NCBI GenBank assembly: GCA_041736155.1
Contig: JBGSUL010000089.1
Location: 16,090 to 80,089 of the forward strand
Direction of reading: 5' to 3'
DNA length: 64,000 nt
DNA from: Bdellovibrionales bacterium
GTDB lineage: Bacteria; Bdellovibrionota; Bdellovibrionia; Bdellovibrionales; JAGQZY01
Below are positions 39,669 to 49,218 of this stretch, in pieces. The notes under the pieces are model-generated. The model worked only from the letters and a program-made list of their open reading frames with translations, did not search any database and was not told where the DNA came from. How positions within the stretch are numbered: the stretch's first letter is position 1; the number at the start of each line of letters is the position of its first letter. Both the position numbers and the translations under genes were made by a program.

Positions 39669-40839
39669 TGTGATTATTATTGGTGGTGGTCCCTCAGGAA
39701 GTGTCGCCGCTTCTCATCTGGCTAAAAATGGAATTAACGTGGCTGTGATTGAGCGCGAAAACTTTCCGCGTTTTCATATCGGCGAATCTCTTCTTCCAGC
39801 CTCTATGCCCATCTATAAAGAAATTGGGTTTTTCCCTAAATTAGCAGCCGGAAAATTTATCGAAAAATACGGTGCACGCTTTATTGATTATACCAATGAC
39901 GACGAAATCTATTTTGGTTTCGGAAATGGGTTTAACCCAGATATCCCTATGGCTTTTGAAGTGGAGCGCAGTGAGTTTGATAAAGATCTTTTGGATCATG
40001 CCAAAGAATGTGGCGCTATGGTTTTTCAACCCGAACGCGTAAAAGATGTAGAAGAGCACGCGGACTATTTAACCATCACGACCAACAAAGACCAGTACCA
40101 AGCCAAATATGTTTTGGATTGCACCGGGCGCGATGCTTTTTTAGGAAAAAAACAAGCGTTGCGTTCGGCCGACAAAGATCTGAATAACTTTGCGGTCTTT
40201 GCGCATTTTGTGGGTGTTCAACGTTACAGCGGAAAAAATGAAGGTGACATTACAGTGGGTCTCCTCCCCAACCGCTCATGGACTTGGATTATCCCATTTA
40301 AAGGTGAAAAAACCTCGGTGGGTGTGGTGGCCTCATCGATCAATGTTCCTCCGGGCATGGATCTCAACGAGTACCTGGACACGCAACTGCGCCAAAGTCC
40401 GCGAGTGACTAACATTATGAAAAATGCTGAGCGCACCATGGAAGTTACGACCATCGCCAACTACTCCCAAACTTGTTCTCAATATTACGGCGATCGTTGG
40501 ATGATGTCGGGTGATGCTTCGACGTTTTTAGATCCCATTTTCTCATCCGGCGTGCACGTCGGTTCGCAATCCAGTCTTTTTGCGGCGAAAACCTTGATTC
40601 AAGCTCTGCAAAAGAATTTGAAAATCACGGAGCAAGGACTGGGCGCCGATTATGAAGCGCAAGTGCGTAAAGGGATCGCTCGTTTTAAAAATTTGATCAT
40701 GCTATTTTACAATGGAAATTTTGTGACGCAGATGAAACAAACGTTGGAGCGCAAGAACATGCGCGAAGGTTTCACTTCGGCCGTTGCGGGCGATGTGTGG
40801 AATGATCGCAATTTCCTTTTTGAAAAGGGTGTTTTGTAA
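39655..40839 (+). CDS. Flavin-dependent halogenase-like oxidoreductase
   Basis: GGGPSG, FPRFHIGESL, KYGA, WTWIIP, GDA..FLDPIFSSGV. Confidence 0.85.
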   Translation: MKNFDVIIIGGGPSGSVAASHLAKNGINVAVIERENFPRFHIGESLLPASMPIYKEIGFFPKLAAGKFIEKYGARFIDYTNDDEIYFGFGNGFNPDIPMAFEVERSEFDKDLLDHAKECGAMVFQPERVKDVEEHADYLTITTNKDQYQAKYVLDCTGRDAFLGKKQALRSADKDLNNFAVFAHFVGVQRYSGKNEGDITVGLLPNRSWTWIIPFKGEKTSVGVVASSINVPPGMDLNEYLDTQLRQSPRVTNIMKNAERTMEVTTIANYSQTCSQYYGDRWMMSGDASTFLDPIFSSGVHVGSQSSLFAAKTLIQALQKNLKITEQGLGADYEAQVRKGIARFKNLIMLFYNGNFVTQMKQTLERKNMREGFTSAVAGDVWNDRNFLFEKGVL

Positions 40840-42105
40840 GTGAGCGGATTTTCCGTTCACCTTTATAAGGGCTATCATTCGCCGCAACTGCCCACGCTGC
40901 TTACATCCTCGCTGGAGAAGCGCGAATTGTTTATTTTTTGCCCACCGTCACTCAACGATTTTTCGTTTGTGCAACTTCTCCCAGCGGGTGAGCTGGTTCT
41001 CCATGGTGAATGGACTGCGCTGGAAAAACAACACCTGAGCGAGGTGCCTCGGCAGACACCTCCTTACCCACAAACTCCGATTTTGGGGCTCTTTACCAGC
41101 GGCACCAGTTCACAAGGTTTAAAACTGGTGATGTATTCCATGGAAAACATCGAAGCCTCTCTTGCTGGAGTTCTGTCTTTTTTTGATGTGACAAGAATCA
41201 AAACTGTTTTTTGCTACCCACATCCTTTTCACACCTTTGGACTTCTGCTCGGTTACGTCAATGCGCTGATTCACCGCTGGAACTTTGTCACCCTTGACGG
41301 AAAATACTCCTCCTCCTTTCATCAAAAGTGGTTGGAAACTGTGAGCGAAAACACTCTCACTCTTGGTACCCCCACCCATTTTATTGATTTGCTTAAATTT
41401 GTACGAGAAACCAAGAGTTCGCCACACCCTTCTTATTCATGTATCGTCGGTGGCGCACCGGTGCCGCCCTCACTCTGGCAAAACATTCATCGGCAACTTT
41501 TAATTCATCAACCTTCGGTGGGCTATGGCTGTACCGAGGCTTCGCCAGCGCTGACCCACTTGCCGCCGGGAGTTTGCCCTGCCAATGACGGCCATGTGGG
41601 ATTTGCTATTCCCCAGGTACAAATGGAATTAGCTCAGGATGGATTTTTATTTCGTGGACCTAATGTTTGCACGGCTTTTATTCAAAACGGTGTGTTGGAA
41701 TTTCCTAGCGAGATTTTTATTCGCGATCAGCTACAACTTCATGCCGATGGCAGTTTTTCGTTTTTAGGGCGCAGTGATCTGGTTCTGAACCGCGGCGGCG
41801 AAAAATATTTACTGGAAGAAATCGAGGCCTTTTTATTAAAGACGCTCGATCTGCGAGTGATTGCTCTCGCCACGCCCCATCCACGCCTCGGTCATGATTT
41901 AGGACTTTTGATTGAAGAAAAAAAAGGATACGATCCCACCATGCACGGAAATATTCTCGAAGCTTTAATGACTCGCTACAAAGCGCGGTTTGATGATCGC
42001 TACTTTTTAAAAGTGGCAAGTCTGCCCACCAATCCGTCGGGCAAAATCCATCGCCGTGAAGCGCAGCAGATTTTCCACAGCCAGCTGCATGGAGGTACCG
42101 TATGA
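40840..42105 (+). CDS. AMP-forming acyl/aryl ligase (ANL superfamily)
   Basis: FTSGTSS..LK, HTFG, GYGCTE, GRSD...NRGGEK, LPTNPSGK. Confidence 0.85.
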   Translation: MSGFSVHLYKGYHSPQLPTLLTSSLEKRELFIFCPPSLNDFSFVQLLPAGELVLHGEWTALEKQHLSEVPRQTPPYPQTPILGLFTSGTSSQGLKLVMYSMENIEASLAGVLSFFDVTRIKTVFCYPHPFHTFGLLLGYVNALIHRWNFVTLDGKYSSSFHQKWLETVSENTLTLGTPTHFIDLLKFVRETKSSPHPSYSCIVGGAPVPPSLWQNIHRQLLIHQPSVGYGCTEASPALTHLPPGVCPANDGHVGFAIPQVQMELAQDGFLFRGPNVCTAFIQNGVLEFPSEIFIRDQLQLHADGSFSFLGRSDLVLNRGGEKYLLEEIEAFLLKTLDLRVIALATPHPRLGHDLGLLIEEKKGYDPTMHGNILEALMTRYKARFDDRYFLKVASLPTNPSGKIHRREAQQIFHSQLHGGTV

Positions 42106-42551
42106 AACCCCTGTCGAGCGCTGAACTTTACCCCTACTTGACCCATCGCCCACCGATGGTATGGATTGACTCGGTCGTGGCCGTGGAAGAAGCCGCCGGT
42201 GCGACCTTAACGCAACTTAAGCCGGATGGATATTACAGCACGGACGGCGTTTTTCGTCCCAGTTCTTTTGTTGAATTGATCGCACAGAGTTATGCCTTTA
42301 CTTCTTTGGTGTATCTTCTTAACCAAAATACTCCACCGACATCGCAAAAAAATTATTTAGTGGCCATTAAAGATTTTAAGGTTCTTGCCACCAATCTCCC
42401 GCAAGCTCCGCAAGAAATCCGCACTGAAGTGCAACGCAAGAGAGTTTTTGGTCCCATCACTTTTATCTCCGGTCAATGCTATTGGGTCGATCAAAATCTC
42501 AATCGCCAACTCCTCGCCACCGGCGACTTGAAAGTCTTTAGCGAACAATAA
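42102..42551 (+). CDS. Hotdog-fold dehydratase partner, ApeP-like
   Basis: HRPPMVWID, ELIAQS. Confidence 0.8.
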   Translation: MKPLSSAELYPYLTHRPPMVWIDSVVAVEEAAGATLTQLKPDGYYSTDGVFRPSSFVELIAQSYAFTSLVYLLNQNTPPTSQKNYLVAIKDFKVLATNLPQAPQEIRTEVQRKRVFGPITFISGQCYWVDQNLNRQLLATGDLKVFSEQ

Positions 42552-42591
42552 ACTCTAGACACTACAAAACTTCCATGCGAGCCTATTCACG

Positions 42592-43470
42592 ATGGCTTAC
42601 AAATTTGTATCCTTTATCTTGGTTCAGCTGTTAATCACTCAAATCGCACTGGCGACACCACAGAAGGTCGCTTTTACATCTGACTATGTTCTTTTTTATT
42701 CATCTCTTAAAGACACGCACGCTCTAGCGAAAGCGGCTCTCCCTTATCAAAAAATGAATCGCAACGTTCCGCTTTCTATAAAAACTCTACAATCGTTGCC
42801 AGCACAAAAACTTCCCAAGCTGACCTTGCGAGGAAGAGATTTAGTTTTTCAGTCTTCCGGAACAACCACGACATTGGTACCTATGGGCGGCACTCGTTTT
42901 TTATTAGATGGCCAGCGTATTGATCTCAAAGATGATCTTAGCAAGTATTTTACAAAAAACACCCCGTGGCCCTTGTTGATTGAAGAAGCTCATGCCATTG
43001 GCCCTTTCATCTGGGCTCTCATTGTTGCTTTTTCCGTTGCTGGAGCCGGGGCTTGTTTTAATTCCACTGTGAATAAATATCTCAGTCATGTTAAAGACGA
43101 AATACAGGCAAAATGGGTCAGCGCTCCAGGGACATTGAATAGCTATTTTCGAGAAGCCAAGAATCTTGTGAGACCTATCTGCCCAGGCGCTGCGTGGGCT
43201 GATGACACCATGGCATTTGATTATGAACTTTTCTTTGATAATTATTGTTCGCGAGTGCGCGCGCAATCGACATTGCCGGTACAAACTCATACCTTTGATG
43301 AAAATCTCGCTACCAATTTTTATGGTGGTTCCGATGAGGTCGATCGTACTATAATCAAAGTGGCCATGGAACAGGACCCAGAGTTTATTCTCGAATGTAT
43401 CAATAAGCCTCGCCTCATCAATCAGGCGCCGACCACGCCGGTGGAATCCCCCACCCCACGCGCTCAATAA
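42592..43470 (+). CDS. Secreted/membrane hypothetical protein
   Basis: Signal peptide; internal EAHA followed by a hydrophobic segment; several Cys. Confidence 0.65.
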   Translation: MAYKFVSFILVQLLITQIALATPQKVAFTSDYVLFYSSLKDTHALAKAALPYQKMNRNVPLSIKTLQSLPAQKLPKLTLRGRDLVFQSSGTTTTLVPMGGTRFLLDGQRIDLKDDLSKYFTKNTPWPLLIEEAHAIGPFIWALIVAFSVAGAGACFNSTVNKYLSHVKDEIQAKWVSAPGTLNSYFREAKNLVRPICPGAAWADDTMAFDYELFFDNYCSRVRAQSTLPVQTHTFDENLATNFYGGSDEVDRTIIKVAMEQDPEFILECINKPRLINQAPTTPVESPTPRAQ

Positions 43471-43542
43471 GTTAACATTTCCTTGGTTGTCATTTTGCAT
43501 ACCTGCTATATATTCGGCCCTAAGAATTTATATGGAGCATTT

Positions 43543-45549
43543 ATGGCAAAATTTTTCCAAGTTTTGTGTCTCTTTTTAACTATTTTTGTCACTTTAGAAT
43601 CTGCCTGGGCGCAAATTACGCCACGAATTGAAGACGGTCTCGCCATCACCCACCCACGTGTTCTCGGCACTATGGAACAACGTTTAAATGGTGTAGGTAT
43701 CGGTCTGGGTTATTATCTCGACCCCACTGGACGATCGACACCCAAGCTCTCTAATAAGTTTTTAGCAGAACTCCCTGTCTTTCAAACTATTTTAAGAGAT
43801 CTCGAATCAGAACTGGCTCTATTTCAAAGGAGCTTCACCTCCAATTCCGATACCGCGGGTGTGGGGCTTAACTTTCATAATCGCATGTTTGACATTCGCT
43901 TTCTTAAAGAAGATCGCGCTGTGCTTTCCCTGATCGGCGTGGTCAATCGCATGGATCAAGGCTATAAAAATTCTGCCACATGTGGTGAAACTCGCCTCAT
44001 CTATCGATTGGCTTACTCCGTAGAACTTCCGAGTGATCAAGGTCCGAAGCGTGTTTCTTCGCGACTGCCAATGACCGTGAACCTTATCCTCAACGCCCGT
44101 CCCGCTAACTCCTCACTCTCCTGTGCCGATATTGCTCGCCGTTGGAAAAACATCAATATCAATGGTCTCTCGGTAACCCAAGCCGTAGACAGCCTTTTTA
44201 GCGACGAAGGTCCTCTCAGCCCAGAGCTTCGCGATCGAAGTTTGATCAAACAACTGGAAATCAATTTACAACTTTCGCGCAAAGCCGCAGCTGTAAGTCC
44301 TGACTTTGGTGGGCACGCAGTTTATTTACTCAAGGTTTATGGTTGGAACGCTCAACAACAAACCTTCTCTCCCATACTTCTTGATAACCAGGTGGATCGA
44401 CAAAAATCAGAAGCCTTTTTTACATGGCTTCTCGCCCCTGCAAATCTTCAACAAAATCTCACTCAACTAGATCAGGGAACTCTGCGTATTCCGGAAACAT
44501 TTTTAGCGCCTCGCGCTTATTCCATTGCTCCCGGTGGTTTAGGACGTGCGCAGAACCATGTGCTTTTTAACACACTTTCAGATGACAAAATTCAAACAGC
44601 ACTTTCTCAGTGGCACCCCCCATCGCCGCGCAATATTTTATCGGTAGATGGTTTTAAGCGTCGCCTCACTGATATGAGCTGCACCGGATGTCACCAAACC
44701 CGCGCCATCGGTGGTTTTCACTTTATGGGACAAGATCCTTACCGATGGAATCCTGACAACAGCAGTTTTTCTGGACTCTATCCTGGCAACGCCGTGATTG
44801 TTCCGGCTTCAGCACATTTCTTTGCCGATCTAGAACGTCGCCGGCGCATTGTCGATGCGATTTCGCTTGAGCAACCCGTGGATTATGCTTCGGGTTTTTC
44901 TTCGAAACCCGATGGATCCAACAGTCGGCTCTACACCAATTGGGGCGCTCATTGTTATGTGGGCCATGATCCGAGTTTTAAACAGTGGACCTGCTCAGCA
45001 CAATATCAATGCTTGCAACTTCACCAATCTCCACTCGCACCAGGCATGGGTGTGTGCGTTTCAAAAACTCTGAAAGAAATCGGCGACCCTACAGAAACAG
45101 GACGAATCACTCTGACCGGACGTACATGGTATTCAGATGCCTACAATCGCCAACAAACATTTTCGCTTCCCAACGACAAAGACTACGTAAACTCTCCTCA
45201 AAGCGCACAATCGGGAAGCAAGACGGGTGGCTTCCCTGGCGGATCTATTCGTACGAAAACGTGTGATCCCACTGTGATGTCTCGCCACCCTGAAGCTCTC
45301 TGTGGCGCTTTGCCTGCTGCCAAAAGTGGGTTTAATGCATGCCTCACTGATCCCAAACAAAGTTTTAAAGATTGCATTGATGAATACTCAACAGGAGTGG
45401 GTTTAAGAGGCTGCAGTCGACGCAACCCTTGTCGCGATGATTATATTTGTGCCGAACCCCTCAACTCTAAAGATCAAGATGCAGGAGTTTGTGTGCCTCC
45501 TTACTTCTTGTTTCAATTTCGCGTCGATGGGCACCCGATTAGGTTTTAA
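43543..45549 (+). CDS. Secreted Cys-rich protein with one c-type heme motif
   Basis: Signal peptide ending AWA-Q; CTGCH; many C-terminal Cys. Confidence 0.75.
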   Translation: MAKFFQVLCLFLTIFVTLESAWAQITPRIEDGLAITHPRVLGTMEQRLNGVGIGLGYYLDPTGRSTPKLSNKFLAELPVFQTILRDLESELALFQRSFTSNSDTAGVGLNFHNRMFDIRFLKEDRAVLSLIGVVNRMDQGYKNSATCGETRLIYRLAYSVELPSDQGPKRVSSRLPMTVNLILNARPANSSLSCADIARRWKNININGLSVTQAVDSLFSDEGPLSPELRDRSLIKQLEINLQLSRKAAAVSPDFGGHAVYLLKVYGWNAQQQTFSPILLDNQVDRQKSEAFFTWLLAPANLQQNLTQLDQGTLRIPETFLAPRAYSIAPGGLGRAQNHVLFNTLSDDKIQTALSQWHPPSPRNILSVDGFKRRLTDMSCTGCHQTRAIGGFHFMGQDPYRWNPDNSSFSGLYPGNAVIVPASAHFFADLERRRRIVDAISLEQPVDYASGFSSKPDGSNSRLYTNWGAHCYVGHDPSFKQWTCSAQYQCLQLHQSPLAPGMGVCVSKTLKEIGDPTETGRITLTGRTWYSDAYNRQQTFSLPNDKDYVNSPQSAQSGSKTGGFPGGSIRTKTCDPTVMSRHPEALCGALPAAKSGFNACLTDPKQSFKDCIDEYSTGVGLRGCSRRNPCRDDYICAEPLNSKDQDAGVCVPPYFLFQFRVDGHPIRF

Positions 45550-46021
45550 GTAATTCCAGAATGCGCTCGCGCAACTTGGCGGGCGTTGTTGTAGGTGCAA
45601 AACGTTGGATTTTTGTGCCATTGGATGACACTAAAAATTTTGTGAAATTCCATTTGATATTTTTTGTTCCTAAAAAACCCGGAGCTTGGCTTTTGAGAAA
45701 TTGATACAGTGGATGAGCATTTTCACCGTTGACCTCCACTTTAGCGAACATAGGAAACTTAATCCCAAAAGATGTCGTGCAAAATTGCTCAATAGCCGCC
45801 TCATCACCTGGTTCCTGTTGACCAAATTGATTGCACGGAAAACCCAAGATCACTAAACCTTTATCGCCAAACTCTTCGTGCAGTTTTTCGAGATCAGCGT
45901 ACTGATTGGTAAATCCACATTGTGAGGCTGTGTTCACAATCAACAAAACTTTTCCGCGATATCGTTCGAGCGATACGTCACCCTCGCGAATGGATTTGGC
46001 CGTGTAACCGTAAATACTCAT
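45539..46021 (-). CDS. Glutathione peroxidase
   Basis: VNTASQCGFT, GFPCNQFG.QEP, IKWNFTKFL. Confidence 0.96.
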   Translation of the reverse strand: MSIYGYTAKSIREGDVSLERYRGKVLLIVNTASQCGFTNQYADLEKLHEEFGDKGLVILGFPCNQFGQQEPGDEAAIEQFCTTSFGIKFPMFAKVEVNGENAHPLYQFLKSQAPGFLGTKNIKWNFTKFLVSSNGTKIQRFAPTTTPAKLRERILELLKT

Positions 46022-46028
46022 AAAACTC

Positions 46029-46574
46029 CTAACTCAATTTTTGACAATACTGTACAAAGGCCGCCGTCAGTGCTTTTATTCTTTCCGCATTTTTAGAATC
46101 CACGAATGTTCCTTCTGCCGTGAAAGCTTCGTGGGCTTTTGCTAAACCAAATGTCTGCGGATAAACATAGGAACCCACCACCTCGAGTGGAACTTTTCCG
46201 TGCAACAACCCTCGCACGCCACCCAAACCTCCAGGACTCGCGGCCAAGAGAAGCACAGGCTTTTGCTCGAGAGGAACAGGTTTGAGTCGCGACAACCAAT
46301 CAATGGTATTTTTCAACGGACTCGAAATCGAGCCATTGTACTCGGGGGAAGAAATGACCACGCCCTGCGCGCCTTGTATCAGTGTCGCCAAAAGCTGCAC
46401 ACCTTCGGGAATTCCCTCCACCTCAACATCACCATCGTAGAGAGGAATATTCAAAGTTTTAATATCCACCACAGTGGCCTCCACCGAAGTTGGTAAAAGC
46501 TTTTGGGTCGCTGCCACTAATTTTTTATTGAGAGAATCTTTGCGTAAACTTCCTGCAAAAAGAACCAGCTTCAT
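46029..46574 (-). CDS. NADPH-dependent FMN reductase
   Basis: GSLRKDSLN, SPEYNGS, LKNTIDWLSR, SPGGLGG. Confidence 0.95.
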   Translation of the reverse strand: MKLVLFAGSLRKDSLNKKLVAATQKLLPTSVEATVVDIKTLNIPLYDGDVEVEGIPEGVQLLATLIQGAQGVVISSPEYNGSISSPLKNTIDWLSRLKPVPLEQKPVLLLAASPGGLGGVRGLLHGKVPLEVVGSYVYPQTFGLAKAHEAFTAEGTFVDSKNAERIKALTAAFVQYCQKLS

Positions 46575-46639
46575 TGAAGCCTCCTATTTTGTTGACGCTT
46601 TTGCGTCGTTTCTTACGTCGTTGTTAGCGCAGCGCCTCT

Positions 46640-48520
46640 TCACGTCGCTGTTTCAATAATCAAAAGAATAATGCCGATGATCGATCCGCCGGCAATAATG
46701 CCTGCGCCGATGGACTCTTTGTTGTCGATCACATTTTCATAAAACTCACTGCGCAGACTTTTTGATTTTCTTTCTAATAACCAGAATACAAAAGCGCCCA
46801 TAAACATCAAAAAAACATCAGTAAATGGAATCACAAACGGCAACCCCAGGCCCACAGGTGACAGAGGGAATTTTCCATTGGATCTTTTAACCATCATCTC
46901 AAGAACCACACCTAAGACTGCGCCCACCAAAATAGCCCATTGCGCTGAGATATGCAGGGCTGAAATTCCCTTCGATAAAACTTCGGCGACAGCTTTCCAC
47001 ACCAGAGCACTCGGCATCGGAAACTGCTCAGTACCAAACACATTGATGTCCCCGTGAAAAAGCATGTAAAACACCGGCACGGCGACCAAGCCTCCAGCAA
47101 ATATCCCAATCACGTGTCCCACGGCTTGCTGGCGAGGCTTAGCTCCCAACATGTAGCCTGGTTTAATATCCATTAAAAGATTACTCGCGTTGAGGGAAAC
47201 TTCTGAGGTGATACCGGCTGTGATAAGACTCACATTCATATTTCCAGGAGCGAGAAAACTAAAGAATACCTGAGTGATTTTAGCCAGCGCACCACCCGGC
47301 GTAATGGCCGTAAGACCCGTAGATTTCACCGCCATGATACTCAATACAAAAACCAAAGGCACGGAGACAAGTCCCAGCCAATAATCCACAGCAAAAAAAG
47401 TATGCCCCATCCAAGAAATGACCAAAGCCATGATGGGAATTCCAATCAAAGAAACTCGCGACGGTAATTCGATGTCGGCAAGAATATCTTTCTTTTTTAC
47501 AGTTTTTGTCGCTTTCTTTTTAAATAATTCTCTCACACTTTGTTTGGTGGATTCAGAAAAGAAAAAGGAATAGAGAGAGGCCGTCGTCATTAATGCAGCT
47601 CCACCCCATAACGCCCATAAAGAGATATTACGAAATCCTCCTGCGGCCGGAATAATGCCTTTTTGAATCATGATTGGCGCAAGAATTCCGTAATTGATAA
47701 TACCACCGATCAGCATGGACATCGCCACACGCATGGACATCAGCATTCCTGTTCCCATCATCACGATAGACGAATCGTAACGAAGAAGGAGATCCTTCAT
47801 CGGTGTGCCTAAGATGGTCGGTGTATAGAACTTATAAATAAATTCATCCCAGTAATGAGGGATGGCCAAAAACGGCACGCCGATTTTAGCCAGCACAGCT
47901 TCGCTACGCAAAAATTCGATCAACGCGGATACACCTGCACCGCACGCTAAAAATTTGGCGCGCAAAAGTCCTACTTTAGCATCTGAATTGTGAAGATTAT
48001 CCATCACCACACCCGAAGCGTAACCTTCCGGGAAGGGCAATTGCTCGTCGTTAATAGAACGTTTTTTCAGAGGGAACGCATAGAGAACGCCCAGCAACCC
48101 CAAAGCCACGCACCAACAATACACTTGCCACATGGGCGGAATGGTTCCCGACACCATCATATAGCCCGAAATAGAAGCCATCAGAGGCGCTGTCATATAA
48201 CCCGCACTGGTGGCAATGGATTGCATGGCATTGTTCTCAAGGAGAGTCATATCTTTAGCAATATTGGCTTTGGACAGCATTTTAAATACGGCAAAAGAAA
48301 CGATCACCGAAGTGATCCCCACACCCAATGTCCACCCTGTACGAATCCCAATATAAAGATTGGTCAGACTTAAAATCATACCGAGCAAAGCTCCGGTGAT
48401 CGCCGAACGCACCGTCAGCTGGGGCATATTTCCGCGGTAGACATTTTCCAACCACCACTTGTCTTTTTGTTCAAGAGTCCAATCGCGGATTTGTTCTTCG
48501 GTCAGTTGTTTAATAGCCAT
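46640..48520 (-). CDS. OPT/YSL-family oligopeptide transporter
   Basis: QLTVRS, LENNAMQS, LPFPEG, DIKPGYMLGAKPR. Confidence 0.92.
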   Translation of the reverse strand: MAIKQLTEEQIRDWTLEQKDKWWLENVYRGNMPQLTVRSAITGALLGMILSLTNLYIGIRTGWTLGVGITSVIVSFAVFKMLSKANIAKDMTLLENNAMQSIATSAGYMTAPLMASISGYMMVSGTIPPMWQVYCWCVALGLLGVLYAFPLKKRSINDEQLPFPEGYASGVVMDNLHNSDAKVGLLRAKFLACGAGVSALIEFLRSEAVLAKIGVPFLAIPHYWDEFIYKFYTPTILGTPMKDLLLRYDSSIVMMGTGMLMSMRVAMSMLIGGIINYGILAPIMIQKGIIPAAGGFRNISLWALWGGAALMTTASLYSFFFSESTKQSVRELFKKKATKTVKKKDILADIELPSRVSLIGIPIMALVISWMGHTFFAVDYWLGLVSVPLVFVLSIMAVKSTGLTAITPGGALAKITQVFFSFLAPGNMNVSLITAGITSEVSLNASNLLMDIKPGYMLGAKPRQQAVGHVIGIFAGGLVAVPVFYMLFHGDINVFGTEQFPMPSALVWKAVAEVLSKGISALHISAQWAILVGAVLGVVLEMMVKRSNGKFPLSPVGLGLPFVIPFTDVFLMFMGAFVFWLLERKSKSLRSEFYENVIDNKESIGAGIIAGGSIIGIILLIIETAT

Positions 48521-48539
48521 ACTCTCTCCCCTTCAAAAC

Positions 48540-49127
48540 TTATTTTGTGCAATTCTCGACGACTTCGGTGGATAAATTCAATGAAACCTGTGACCAGGTT
48601 TTTGATTTTCCATCGGGACCTTTATGCAGATCATAACAAGTCTTATTTAAGGCCTCGAGAGGTTTTTGCATTTTAAAATCGAGGATGTCGATGTCGGTTT
48701 CGGCCGAGTATTTGTTGCCTTCGATTTTCATGCGGAAAGGCACGACACGATTCTGTCCGTTCATTTCTATTTTGATTTTGCTAATCGCCGGATCAAACGC
48801 CACCACAGTGCCTTTGATTTTTCCACCGATCATTTTTTTAAAAAAAGATTTACGTAAATTTTCATCGCGACCGGAATCGCCTGAATCTACACCGAGCGGG
48901 TCGATCTCAATAGACGTTTGCGTAAAGAGTTCGACAAGGCTGTTGGCCGAAGCTGGGGCATTTAATTTAAAGGATGCAGGCGAAAATGATGCTTTTACGC
49001 CTTTTTTCTCTGTGAACTTATAGGCGGTCCATTCAATCACCAATGAGTCTGGTTTATAAGAATAGGTACATTTGGCGGGCTGCTGAGCAGTAGCGATAAA
49101 GAACGATAAAAAACCAATCAAGAACAT
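48540..49127 (-). CDS. YceI-family protein
   Basis: IEWTAYKF, VDSGDSGRDENLR..FF. Confidence 0.82.
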   Translation of the reverse strand: MFLIGFLSFFIATAQQPAKCTYSYKPDSLVIEWTAYKFTEKKGVKASFSPASFKLNAPASANSLVELFTQTSIEIDPLGVDSGDSGRDENLRKSFFKKMIGGKIKGTVVAFDPAISKIKIEMNGQNRVVPFRMKIEGNKYSAETDIDILDFKMQKPLEALNKTCYDLHKGPDGKSKTWSQVSLNLSTEVVENCTK

Positions 49128-49150
49128 AGTGACCTCCTAAAGAGGTCACT
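49128..49150 (-). promoter_or_regulatory. Hairpin overlapping the Shine-Dalgarno of the YceI gene
   Basis: AGTGACCTC-TTTAG-GAGGTCACT directly followed by ATG. Confidence 0.5.
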
Positions 49151-49218
49151 GTATTCGACTCTATGCGTGGGGGCAAGAAACCGGGGGCTTATCGCACCCC
49201 GATAGACGTTTTTTCAGC

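Noticed and set aside
42904-43500. 198-aa minus-strand ORF
   Set aside because: Antisense to 42592..43470, which has a signal peptide and a more protein-like composition
18410-48520. tRNA-Leu-anchored integrative island carrying the PKS cluster
   Set aside because: No integrase or transposase, and I found no duplicated tRNA 3' end; composition is not obviously different from the core genes
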